A DNA stretch of 61,123 bases, filler included, from Asterionella formosa (taxonomy: Eukaryota): NCBI GenBank assembly GCA_002256025.1. It is 11 parts of 11 records of this genome, joined end to end, with 100 filler letters (N's around TTAATTAATTAA, not from the genome) between each part and the next. Parts side by side here need not be neighbours in the genome. Positions count along the whole stretch, not along the records: positions 11,158 to 16,629 come from NKIB01013051.1; positions 16,730 to 22,200 come from NKIB01013052.1; positions 22,301 to 27,768 come from NKIB01013054.1; 8 more parts are not named here. One strand, given 5' to 3'. The translations under genes were made by a program, and so were the position numbers. This document shows, piece after piece, positions 13,188 to 25,757 of this stretch. The notes under the pieces were generated by a model. It had not been told where the DNA came from and ran no database searches. It saw only the letters and a list, made by a program, of their open reading frames with translations. How positions within the stretch are numbered: position 1 is the stretch's first letter; every line of letters begins with the position of its first letter.

Positions 13188-16100
13188 TGATATACCAATG
13201 CATAAAATACTACGAGTATTATTTGATTGTGGAAGATCGTTATCCTTAATACATGAAAGGGTTATGCCTCAAGGTATTTCTTTGTCTAACGAGACTTGAC
13301 AGTTAATACATGATACCATAGCTGGTACTTATTCATCTCATGCCAGTGTCATGCTATATGACCTGATTTTACCAGAATTTAATCGATCCGCTCATATTTT
13401 ACAACAAAAGTGTCAAGTCTTTAATGGTCTATGCACATTTGATGTTATTTTTGGACGTGATTTCCTCCGTCAAGTTGGTTTAACCATTGATTTCGTAAAT
13501 AACACCATGTCCTGTATGGATATGATTGTTCCTATGCATCCTCTCACATTCTTTGATGATATAGAACGTTTACGAGATGTATTATTATATTTTGATGCAC
13601 CTATGATTGTGGAATCCTCATATGCACTGGAAATTAAGAAAGCTGCTGAATATAATTACGTAAATATTGATACAGTGGTGGATAAACAGATACATTTGAC
13701 AACAATACAACGATCATGTTTACGAACTATATTGGTTAAATATCAAACATTATTTGATGGCAAATTAAAAGTCCATCCTCATAAACAGGTACATTTGGAA
13801 TTATTATCAAATGCTTTTCCTCGTCATCAACAAGCATATCCGGTCGCTCATATTCATTTAGAAATTTTCAAAACTGAATTACAACGATTATGTGATATTG
13901 GAGTCCTACAAAAATGTGGTGCTTCTAAATGTGCATCTCCCACCTTTATTATTCCAAAAAAGGATGGAAGTGTCCGATGGGCATCAGATTTTCGTGAACT
14001 CAATAAAGTCATCAATCGCAATATATACCCTTTGCCTCGAATACAAACTATTCTCACTAAACGTGCTGGATATGTATTTTTCACCAAATTGGATGTTTCC
14101 ATGCAATACTATACTTTTGCGTTAGATGTGGAGAGTCAAAACTTGTGCGTTATTTCAACTCGATTTGGTTTATATAAATATTTACGTCTCCCTATGGGAA
14201 TGAAACAATCATCTGATATTGCACAAGAAACTATGGAACAGATCCTTAGTGATTTAGATGATGTGGAAATTTATATTGATGATGTGGTTTGTTTTTCAAT
14301 GAATTTTTCGGATCACCTTCATTTATTGAACACTATTTTACATCGTTTACAGGCAAATGGTTTTACAATTAATCCATTTAAGTGTGAATGGGCCGTCCAA
14401 GAGACAGATTGGTTAGGCTATTGGTTAACTCCTAATGGACTGAAACCTTGGTCTAAAAAGGTCCGAGCATTGATTAATATGTCTTCACCTAGTACCAATC
14501 TTAAACAAGTCCGATCATTTCTCGGTGCTGTTACTTACTATCGAGACATGTTTCCTAGACGATTTCATGTTCTTGGACCACTTACGGATTTAATTGGAAC
14601 TAGTCCATTTGTCTGGTTACCTATCCATCAACAAGCTTTTGAAGAAATGAAGGCATTGTTAGTTGCAGATACACTCATGCGTTATCCTGACCATAATCTT
14701 CCTTTTCATATCTTTACTGATGCCTCTGATTATCAATTAGGGTCGGTCATGATGCAAAATGATCTCCCAGTTGCTTATTATTCTCGCAAATTATTTGCTG
14801 CTCAAAAAAATTATACTAATATTGAAAAAGAATTACTTTCTGTGGTAGAAACTTTCAAAGAATTTCGCTCCATGTTATTGGGCGCAGTTCTACATGTTCA
14901 CACTGATCATCGAAATCTTATTTATAATACTTTACATACTCAACGTGTTCTACGATGGAGACTTTACATTGAAGAATATCATCCTACTTTTCACTACTAT
15001 GTGAAAGGGATTGACAATTCTATTGCAGATTCCATCTCTCACCTCCCGAGGCTTGAGTCTTTGGTGGGGGATGATATTGATATTGGACCGAACTATCCAA
15101 CATGCATCAACTTCTACTTCTACTTTTTCAATTGAATTAGATGATGAACCTTTGCTTACATGTTTCCTTAATCATCCAAGCCATCTTGACAGACAATATT
15201 CAATATCCTCTGGATTATAATTTAATACATGATCGACAATTGCTGGATATACAATTGATTCTCAATCAACAAACACATCCATTACAATTTCCTTCTATCA
15301 ATTTTCATGATATATTTTTAATATATTTTGTGAAGAATCCAGGAGATACTTGGCGTATTGCTATTCCTACATCATTATTGGATCCTATTATTAATTGGTA
15401 TCATCAGATGTTAGCTCATGTGGGTATGACAAGATTAAATGCCACAATTGCTACACATTTTAATCACCCTACGTTAAAGCAAAGGTGGAACATATTGTAA
15501 GCATATGTGAAGCATGTCAACGTACATAATTACCTGGTAATTACCTGGTACTGGTTATGGTGAACTTCCACCCAGGAATGCATTGTTATTACCATGGGCA
15601 GAAGTTGCAGTAGATCTAATTGGTCCATGGAAGATAACAGTGGCTGCTCAAGCGATTGAATTTCGTGCTCTAACTTGTATTGACACAGTCACCAATTTAG
15701 CAGAAATTTCACGTATCACTAACAAAACATCAGAATATATTGCGATGAAATTTGAAAATGATTGGTTAGCCAGATATCCCCGTCCAGAACGTTGTATACA
15801 TGACAATGGAGGTGAATTTACTGGTATTCCTTTCTTACACATGTTAGTATTGAATGGAATCAAAGATGTGACTACTACTGTAAAGAATCCCCAAGCAAAT
15901 GCTATCTGTGAACGTTTACATCAATCCATCAGTGATAGTCTACGAGTTATGTTAAAAGCTCATCCTCCAATGAATGACTTTCAAGCCCAAAATATTGTGG
16001 ATACATGTTTTGCAGCTGCGTCATATGCAGCTCGAGCTACTATTCATAGTATATTACGTATTTCACCATGAGCATGGGTTTTTCAATGTGATATGATATT

Positions 16101-16317
16101 AAATATTCCTTTGATTACAGATTTACAATTAATATATCAACGTCGACAAGTGATAATTGACGAACATTTCCGTCGTCGATCTTATGATTACAAAGTGGGT
16201 GACGAGATTTTAAAATATTATTGGATAATCCTACTACTTTGGATGATCATGGATGAGGTCCTTATTCTATTATTCAAATACATGCCAATGGTACAGTTAC
16301 CTTTCAACGCACTATGA
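13188..16317 (+). pseudogene. Gypsy pol (protease-RT-RNaseH-integrase), several stops/frameshifts
   Basis: LRVLFDCG (PR); IPKKDG..DFRELNK, LPMG, YIDD (RT); [21 protein letters not shown] (RH); AVDLIGP, HDNGGEF, ANAICER (INT). Confidence 0.95.
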
Positions 16318-16359
16318 ACCTTTTCATAGGTAAAAGGTTTTCCCTCAAGTGTGGGAGAG

Positions 16360-16506
16360 TGAGCAATCCTGCACATTGATACAGATGTACATAGGGTTAG
16401 GGTTATATCAAATGTATCGGAATTCAATAATAAGAGAACTCGACTAACACCCATTCTATACTTTGATGTCAGTTCAGGAAATGAGTTGTACATAAGGATT
16501 AATTAA
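16360..16506 (+). repeat. 3' LTR, interrupted at TTAA
   Basis: Follows the PPT. Matches the 5' LTR up to TTAA 16503-16506. Confidence 0.9.
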
Positions 16507-16629
16507 GGTTCCTGCATTTGAACCCCTAGGCAAAAATTAAAATATTGCTTAGGGTTGCCGAAATTCCCTGGAACTAAGAACTTTTATGTGCTAATTTGAA
16601 TATCAATGATTCCGTTTGAAAAATTCAAA
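16507..16629 (+). mobile_element. TTAA-inserting DNA transposon terminus inserted in the 3' LTR
   Basis: Near-identical to the copy starting at 9772 and preceded by TTAA. Runs to the contig edge. Confidence 0.8.
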
Positions 16630-17138
16630 NNNNNNNNNNNNNNNNNNNNNNNNNNNNNNNNNNNNNNNNNNNNTTAATTAATTAANNNNNNNNNNNNNNN
16701 NNNNNNNNNNNNNNNNNNNNNNNNNNNNNTCTCATGATATGATCATTATTCATTGTCAGCACTGATACTATCATCATTGGCACTGTTGATGTATCTTCTT
16801 TCATCGAAGGAAAACTTCATTCGCAATTTCTTTATCCATGTTATTATGACTTCAGATTATCATCTGTTCGGTTAGATGAGGAAAATAGGTGTTCATGGAA
16901 CTCATTCCATCACATCCGACAAATTTTCTACAAGTATTACTTGTAAACAGAATGCCAAAGTCATGTACAGACCTATGCCATTTGTTGCTGAAGGGAAACA
17001 TTCAATTTTACCAAATATACAAACCCGCAGACCTCAAATATATGAAACTAATCATAATACGCACATGGCTATATTTCAGTGATTAATTGCATTGCAGGTG
17101 TTCTTGCATATAGATTGGAATTTGATAATTGTGATTTT

Positions 17139-17255
17139 GGGGGGATCGCTTAGTTGGTTAGCATGCCTTCATAGGTGGCGGGTTCGATTCCTTCATTCTC
17201 AATCTGTCGATTTTTTTCATGTAGTCGTAGTCCCTAGTAGGGTTCCGTTGTGTGT
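17139..17255 (+). repeat. tRNA-derived (SINE-like) repeat, copy 1
   Basis: A-box-like TCGCTTAGTTGG, B-box GGTTCGATTCC, collapsed anticodon arm. The 3' tail (..ATGTAGTC..GTTCCG) is shared with 53816-53915. Confidence 0.6.
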
Positions 17256-17264
17256 GTGAATTAA

Positions 17265-17510
17265 GGTTGCTGCATTTGAAACCCTAGGCAAAAATTGAAA
17301 TATTGCTTAGGGTTGCCAGAATTCCCTGGAATTAAGAATTTTATTAGCTATTTTTGAATGACATGATTCCATTTGAAATAATTAAATCAGTGGAAATTTG
17401 CGCGTACGTATATAGATTCCTTTTCGAATTCGCTAAATATATATATAAACATTCTCATCGTCACTGAATGTATATATACCCTATAATACGATCAACATAT
17501 GTGTGTCAGA
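17265..17510 (+). mobile_element. TTAA-inserting DNA transposon terminus, third TTAA-flanked copy
   Basis: TTAA (17261-17264) followed by GGTTGCTGCATTTGAAACCCTAGGCAAAAATTG. About 250 bp of similarity to the 9772 copy. Confidence 0.75.
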
Positions 17511-20500
17511 GAATCAAGCTGGCAGCATGGCAAATATCGTTGATGACTATATACTGTGCCAGTATTGACAATTAATTCTACCCCCAATACTACCATTTTT
17601 TGTCGTAGTGAAAGTTAGTGCACTAGTTAACTAACATGATGCACGTACAAAGCATGCACTGTGTGTGAGTGGGCGGTGCCACCGTGCTGGTGCCAGCTAC
17701 CAGGGGCGATGCTGTTACAATGCATGAAGTACCCTGGTACTGGTGCCTGGTACTACGGTATGTACCAGCAGGTGCCAGCTCCTGGTGTTGCCGGATTTTG
17801 CTAGCTTCGTTGTGTGTAATGCTGATTCAACTGGTCTGGTATTTATACTGGGTAAGAAGCAGGCAATGAAATAACAAGGTACAGTACATTGAAAATAAAA
17901 TTTGAATTTAATATAGTAAGTATTTATGTTATTATTTAGTAGTATACACATTTATCTAGCTTAACATGGCTTTAGTTGTGGATGCCCACCACCACTGCAA
18001 CCTTTCAACATTTGGTTGACGAGAATTTGAGTAACAAATCTTATCCTGACCATATGTCTCATAGATTTAATACAGAGCTACATGTGCCATATACCCACTC
18101 AAACTAGCTAGAGTCGCCACTGCATCCCAGACAACCTTGCGCTGCCAATAGTAGATGCATATTTCCTCATCCTGCTCCCTGCCCGGCCCTGCTGCTTGTA
18201 AATAGTAGCCTTTCTGGTTTTTGGTTCAGTGATTCCAACTTCCCATTCTTACAAAAGAACAAATATAGTTTTGGTGTCTTGGAAGGTTTCTTTCATTATC
18301 AGGATCCACATCCATGTTTGCTTGTTTGTCCGCAATACCTGCTTGATTGTTGGTTTGTTGGTTCCTAGAGCAAGCTGTGTGACATGGACCTAGTATGGTA
18401 CATTGCTTGGCTGGGTAGCGTACACATAAGGCTATTTAAATAGTTACAACAAACATAGCAAATGTTGACTATTCCACAAGCTCTACTAAAGTAGAACTTT
18501 AGCTAGCTCAAGAATGGATCTGACCTATAGGGATAGTGTGGCTATGTAAACCAACCCCAGATATATGATTCATCAGCTATAGACATGTTCTACTAACATT
18601 TAGCCTAGTAAAAAGCATAACCACACATTTCAGAACACTTATTACAATGTTTGATTTCGGAGTAGGATATCATAATACAGTTATTTCCTTATGGTTAAAC
18701 GGTCACCTCTGCAAAGAAAGTAGAACTTTTACTCTAGTAACCAGGAATTCATGAGTAATCTATACTTAGTCAGTCTCAAAGTCAGCATTGAACTTGAAAT
18801 AAATAAACTAAGAATGGTTTATAATCCCCGATGTCTTGCACATCATGGGTACTCTGGCTAGGTGACTAGAAAGGTTCACAATGACATACAGGGCTCACAT
18901 CATCATTTTTTCAAGCCCAGCTCAACCAAGCGATCAAAAATAGATTAAAAAACTTTTTAGCTCACTCGTTTTAATCGTTCAACTCTGTTTGTTACCTCTG
19001 AAATTGTTTAGGATTGATCGCCTTGATAGCATATGGCTGATATTTCCATTTTGGGTTGCTGTTGGCATTTGTTGCAGCAAAAGCAACTTTATCAGGAACA
19101 CTGCCCAACGCTGACCACCACGATATGTGCGACCCTCATTCAAACAATATCATCTCAGGAGCATTCATTTCAACTTGTATGTGTTAATGATTACTTAGAG
19201 ATCCTGTTTTGACAATTTACCATTGTTCAATTGTCAATTCTCATGATTTTCCTGCATACACATCATCTTGCAGAATTGTCTAAGTCTTTCTTTAGCATTT
19301 GCTGGATTGTCAGTTCTTAGCAGAGAACCCACTGTTTTTTGGGTTAGTGCATTGGTCCATACACTCCGTCTCAGGATAATGGCCAAGGAAACAAGAAAAC
19401 AACTGCCTTTTGACAGGGATGCAATCAATGAGAACCTGGCTTGGCGCATTCCTCTCGTCCTTAGAATTTGCGTTCAACACAGATGCAGCTTGGCCATCAG
19501 AGCGACAAGGAACCGAATATTTGAAGTTGGTTTTCTTGTTAGTTGGAAGCAATTGTCAATTTGGCTGACCACTTGGAACTGACAGACACAACACGCACGC
19601 AGGCAGCTATACCATTGATGAATTGGATATTTTATACTTGAATGAGAAAAGGATGACCATCATGATTGAAATCTTGCTAAATGTGAGACTCTAGAGGCTG
19701 CCTTGCTTGTAATGTATCCCCTGTCTTGTCTACATACATGTTCTGTTTTATGGGCTTTTTGATGACAAGGTCATTGACAAGCACAGCCATACCTTGTTGG
19801 ATTTCCACTGTGGGTAATTACATTCCAAGTGAAAAGACAATGTGGCATAAAGTACTACAATGCCTTTTTGCAGTGATAGTTAATGGAATAATACTGGCCA
19901 AGTGTTTGGTTATCATCCTTGTTTTCCCCAGGCTCCTCTACACTAAACTCACAACTTGTAGTACTATCATTGGCTATTTGCCATAACCTCTGTACAAAAT
20001 CATGGAAATAAGTACATTTTTGTAAGCATGGGAATGTGTCAGTTCATTTACTCTCCTGGTCAAGCAACATTGCTTGTTGCCATGCTGATGTTTAATTGTA
20101 CTGATGTTTAAGTTTATTTTAATTTATGATGTTTTACCAGTAGTATAATCCCTCAACATAACACAACACAGCCAGTGCACCAGGTACACAGGTACAGGTA
20201 CGAGTCGTGCCCAAAAGTGCTCACCAGCGACACATGCCTGGTACCAGGTACCAGGTACCAGTAGCAGTACTCTAGGAACCCTGGTACCTGGTACTGGTGC
20301 AACTACCGGTACTCCAGTACGAGGTACCAGGTACCCCTGGTAGAATTTCTTGGACAATACCATGGCATACTGCAGGGTTCCATCGGTCCGTTGGAGGAAT
20401 ATTCTACCAAAATGTGAAATAAAATTCTACCCCCAGTACTACTGGGTAGAAATTTTGCCTTTCTCTATACCATATTTTCACCACGGTCAAGCAAGGGAGG

Positions 20501-20626
20501 GGTACCGGACAGTATTGACCTGCTGTCCAGAGTGGAACACAACCGGAGCCCTACAGAAAAATACTACTTTGGTAGAATTTGGTCAAAAATGTACTGGTAA
20601 GAAACAAAAAAACGCAATAATCAACC

Positions 20627-21079
20627 ATGAGCGAAGTTACACATCATCATGACAACAAGGGGGATGACCCATTCAACTACAGTCATGATAACTGACCAAC
20701 ATGTCAAGACCAGTTGATTGTAGAGTTGGATGTGGAGGAATGTGAGCGTCGCATCTTCTGCAAATGCTGAGTTTTTGGTTGCCCTGAATGTCAGTGCCAA
20801 TGGGATGAAGTCGAAGAGATGGTAGAAAATTTCTTGGAAGATGATAACATTCTCAGCAAACTGAAGGATGAAGAGGCAGATTGCGGCGTCAAGAGCCCGC
20901 AACCTTCCCTACAAGTTTTAATCAGAGTTTACTGTGGACCATTGGGAAACGGTGTTCGCATGGAACTTCCTGACTGTTTTTTGAAGGTGGTTCAATCCCT
21001 ATTGAAAAGCAAGGACCGAAACAAAGAGTACACTGGCTTCAAAACTGTTTCTAAACGTTCTAAATCTAGTTGTGATTAG
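20627..21079 (+). pseudogene. Small Cys-rich protein with P2X7-ballast/KolX-like C-terminus
   Basis: Upstream C..C..W segment, then YCGPLGNGVRMELPDC...EYTGFK. Stops in the 5' part. Confidence 0.5.
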
Positions 21080-21346
21080 TTTTTTTTAATATTTTCATTC
21101 ACTTCAATAGAATATTTTACATCAATGCACCTATTACATAGTTTATTTTAATATTTTCATTCACTTCAATAGAATATTTTACATCAATGCACCCCAGTAC
21201 ATATGTTGTTTCAAACTCATCATCTAGAAGTGAGGTGGCATGTACTCTTCTTGTTTTCTATATTATTTTGTTAAGAACGTTGTTCTATAATTTTTAAATT
21301 TAACACATCAGTAATAACAACAAACAACATAGACAACTAAAGCAAC

Positions 21347-21961
21347 ATGCCACGCTCCAGTGCTGGCCGTCTTTTAGCAAAAATTGGAGTTGGTGGTCAT
21401 GGACATCAGAATATAGTCAATGACGAAAATCAGATTTGTTGGTGTCCTACAATCAAACAACCTCCTCCTGCAACAATCACATCTACCATTCAACCAGCTT
21501 TTCAGCAAAGCAGGAATCAAGTCATCGATTATCCTTCATTGTCGACATTGATGCAGGAAAATTTGTTTTGCAGAACATGTGTTAGTACATTTGTTGACAA
21601 ATATAGTAAACAAACTGTTTGTGCCTTTGTAACTTACCTTCAAAACAATAGTGCCTACCACATAACAATGGCAGAGAAATGTGATTCTTTCTTCGAGTAA
21701 GCCTTGTTAAAAAAATCAGTAATGCAACCGTTGATTGTCATGTCATCGGAGACCTACTAGTAGGGGTTGGCAAGTGCCGTCAAAATATCATGTTTGACCT
21801 GCCAAAAACAGGTTCTTGCTAAGCTCGAATCGGCAAGAAGCTGCAACTACGAAGATGAAGACCATGGTGAGATAAAGAACAAAGAAGCAAAACAGTTTGC
21901 AATAACATCTACAACGCCGATTATTGGTACAGCCACCACAAAAAAAGCTAGTCAAATATGA
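21347..21961 (+). mobile_element. Kolobok-type (Mutator-like) transposase N-terminal zinc-ribbon remnant
   Basis: NQVIDYPSL..LFCRTC ... (G)LASAVKISCLTC pattern across two broken ORFs. Confidence 0.5.
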
Positions 21962-23041
21962 TCACCCAAATTAAAATTTTGGGTGGCCCACTATGACAAA
22001 TTGGGCTATATACATAATTTAAGGGTATGATATAAAATATAAAATGAGATGCATCATAGAATATATATGATGGGAGTGAACTAAGATATTTTCGACAACT
22101 TCCTAAATTTTTTATAAACCCACATAAATTTTGGGGCAAACTAACAATATTTTTTTATGGCCGATCATATAATTTCTGTATCGACAACCGCAATTATTGT
22201 NNNNNNNNNNNNNNNNNNNNNNNNNNNNNNNNNNNNNNNNNNNNTTAATTAATTAANNNNNNNNNNNNNNNNNNNNNNNNNNNNNNNNNNNNNNNNNNNN
22301 CAAGAAGCATTTATTCCAACCGAAGGATCTTGATGATATCGAAAATAGCTTCGGCAAAGAAGTTGAGCAACCAAAGGATCCTCAAGATATCGAAAATGGT
22401 TGCAACATTGACAACTCTGAGAAACAACAAAATCTTGATATCGAGAATGGTTCCAGCAATGATAAGCATCTAGAAAATGAGGAGCGGAGTAATTGTGAGG
22501 AACCGAGGAAACCCTAATTTTAAAGATTGGCATAATAAATAGACATATATATCCGAAGCAGAAAAGCTTAGTAGGCAGTTTGCTTGCTTATACATTACTT
22601 ATTGTAATTTGTGAGCATCAGAAGGATTTTTCTGACTTCGTGACTTGGGATGTGATTTACTCTCGATCTCGGGGGCATGTCTAACTTCCCTTTTCCCCAT
22701 CGATTCTGGTAGTAATTGGCCAAGATCATTTCCCTAGAGTAACTATAGGTAGATGTTAATGAAGAATTCTGGATTGCTTATTGTCGATGTATAAATAATT
22801 GGGCACCCTCCTCTGTTGGTGTACGTATGTCCTTCATTAGGTAATCATCCGCTCTCCAAGCAAGTAACGACGGCGACATGACGATACTACATGCCAGTAA
22901 CAGTACCGGTACCAGGACCAGGTATCATTACTGGAACCATGATGCTGTGTGTATTGTAACAAAAACCGGGGTAGCCATGTGTATAAGTATATACGAATAT
23001 GGTTTGCACCAGGATTGTAAGATAGTTGCTTCCGGTACTAA

Positions 23042-23575
23042 CGTATGACGGCTAAAATAATCGAGCGGTCATTTTCGTAAAACATTAAACACTAGATAAT
23101 CGCTGCCTCACAATTCATGCAATTTCAAACTGAAACGGAAACTGTCCAGGGTTTATATCTAATGAATGTTTCTCTAAGATTGGCAGGCCCACCCAGTAGG
23201 GGTGAGGTCGGGGGTTCGATACTGTCGAATGCCCCGAACTGTATCAGGACTCATAGGTAGGGATTAGGGCTGCAAAGGCACGATTTCCTTCTCTGCACCA
23301 AGCACGGGAGATAGGGACAAATAATGTCCCCCACCACCTGATGACAATCCGGCATGATGACAACCAGGTAGAACAGGGACCGTCAGTAGAAACGGTGTAC
23401 TCCTTTGAGCGGTACAAGAAGCAAAAGCTCCTGCTAGCAAGTGAAGATACGGGAAGCGAGCAAAACTTCCCCCCCCCCTACTTAGGATTGCTCATGTTAA
23501 AATTTCTTTTGTTACGTGATACTGGTATTGTATATACTATTGTAATTCTTCTTTTTATCATTCTGCTTTTTTACA
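23042..23575 (+). repeat. LTR-like direct repeat, copy 1
   Basis: About 535 bp, near-identical to 25758-26310. Ends ..TTTACA. Confidence 0.9.
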
Positions 23576-25757
23576 CTCATTTTTATTGCTTCCACGGATT
23601 TACGATTGTTCAACAACAATGGACACAACACAATCTTTGATTGCGATGGCGATTCTGTTTGCTGACATAGACAGCAAAGCAAACATAATGGCTCAAGCAA
23701 AACGATAATGATGATTCGCCTTCGCTTTAGTTTTGGAGTCTCTGTAAAACGCTTACTTTGATTTGCTTATTTTTGTTCTTTTCCTCTCCCATCTTTCGGT
23801 CTCAGCGTCATCATAGGGGTTCTTGACCGGAACCATGGCTTACCAATTTCCGTCTTGCTTCTACCTTTGCTCCTCTCCTCTCGTCTCGTCTCGCCTCGTC
23901 TCTTTTTATCACATCGGGCTTCAGGAGACGTGTCAGCTGTACGCATGCCTGCAAGTCGGTAGTGATTGTGTTGTTGCCGGAAGCAAGAAGATTGTCCAGT
24001 TGTTCAGTCATTTGTACTACTGTACCAGCTGGTGGTAAGGTAGTATCTCAGCAACGTTTTCAGGAAGCAGATCAATTTATCATTGCGAATTGCTTGCTCA
24101 TTCGTTCTGTTTTCAGTCAGCTTTAACACAAGTAATCTCAAATGACATTCAAACTCTTCAATTCGTTTACAAGTAACCGCAAAAATTGATCATCCTTCTT
24201 TCCATCTCCCTGAGACTTATTGTTCATGCATCGATGAGATCATTGCGGCTTTCTGTTTCTTTATTTGACTTATTATTCTTGCATCAACATGAAAAGGAAT
24301 CAATCCAATTACGTTCCTCTATGAGGGAGCGACAAAAGCTTGATGATTATATTTATTTCGACTCGAAATTGCTTCCTCTGATGGATTAAAAAGACTTTCA
24401 TTTCAAAATGTCTTTTTGCGGAAGTGGAACAGCAAAATTACCATGATCACCACAACATTTCAATATTTCTAAAGTCGCGTTCCTTTCATTGTCATCGTTT
24501 CTCTGAAAGCAAAGCCGAGCAATCGCATCTGTGAATAAACACGTAAATTCCCATCTGCGCATCCAATCATTAATCAGGACTGTGTCAGGGGTAAGGCATT
24601 GGGCGTCGGCATACTTTTCAGTGATTGTTCACTCATGGACATGACAAATGGACGAAAGGTCGGGAATCGTGCCACAGTCGGGACAATTATTGTTGTTGTA
24701 CTGGGACAGGGGCTCCTGCAGAATGTTCAGTAAGTACTACCACACAAAAAGGAAGTTGCACTAACAAATATTGCCACCGTGTAGCCCATTGGTTCCGTGC
24801 TGATACACCATGGATGTGGCATGCAGTGTCGCCAAATCCCACAAGGATATCCATTGGAATCCATTTGATACTCCCCAAGAATTGGAGAGCTAAGGTTTGT
24901 TTGGTGGTCTTATTTGATGAAGCCAAACTATAATCAAATATCATACCCACCAAATCACTTAAAACTCGGTTTGAATAGTTTATTGTCGTGTCATGGTAAA
25001 TTTTGTACCATCAATTGTCGTGGGGTTATGATGGTTTGTTTGGTTCTGACTGATGTGGCGATTGTGGGTCAAGTTATTAAATGACATGAGGGAGGGACGG
25101 GTGAATGCACAAGTGTTTCATGAGAGTAATGGTACTGCTAATACCACTACTAATAGTAGTTGTTGTTGTTGCTGCTGCATCAGCAGAGGATGCAATGGAT
25201 AGAAAGGGGGATTGTTGAAGCGCTTGTGTGACGAAGGTGTTCAGAGTGAAGGGCGATGCAGTTGCCGGTTGCTCCAGAGTGGGCGGAGGCCCCATAATGC
25301 CTCGAATGCTCGACTTGAGCATAGTGAAGTCTTCGTTTGATTATTTTACTGTGAAGTAAAAGATATCTATGATTGAATATATAGAGTACGATATGCCAGG
25401 AAGCGTTTTCGGAGCGAGGTTCGAGAGCACGATAGAAACAATGAGATGATAATACTGATGAGCTGCTGAAGGTAAGACACGACCGGCGCAGCATCCATGA
25501 TGTGGGAGAATGTTCAGGAGAACAACAAGCCCAATGACAGCAATCCTCAACGAATTGGCAGAACACTGGGTGCTTCATTGATATCTGTACCGGTATGTAT
25601 TGTAAAGCATTTTCTGCCACCATCTAAAATTGTTCATAAACCATCATGTAGTGTGAGGTGGTAATTGCATATAATATGCATACATACCGGTATGGATGTG
25701 GACTGTGGTATATTTGCTTCTCCCTTGACACAAAGACAGATATTATTGAACCACAGG

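Larger units (their letters stand above)
11433..16506 (+). mobile_element. Near full-length Ty3/Gypsy LTR retrotransposon (defective)
   Basis: Paired LTRs start TGAGCAAT at 11433 and 16360. PPT GTGTGGGAGAG at 16349-16359. Domain order gag-PR-RT-RH-INT. Confidence 0.95.

Noticed and set aside
17139..17201. Functional tRNA gene
   Set aside because: Too short, with no proper anticodon stem-loop. Treated as a tRNA-derived repeat.
17900..20100. Possible transposase inside the 17265 element
   Set aside because: Manual translation of parts showed only short stop-riddled frames with no recognisable motif.
23256..23270. Telomerase RNA template (minus strand CCCTAATCCCTA)
   Set aside because: It would encode ATTAGGG-type units rather than the TTAGGG seen in this genome, and there is no other supporting evidence.
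23338..23397. Hammerhead ribozyme in the direct repeat (CTGATGA...GTC...GAAAC)
   Set aside because: No stem II closes between CTGATGA and GAAA, and GTC sits only 4 nt before GAAAC, which is the wrong topology.
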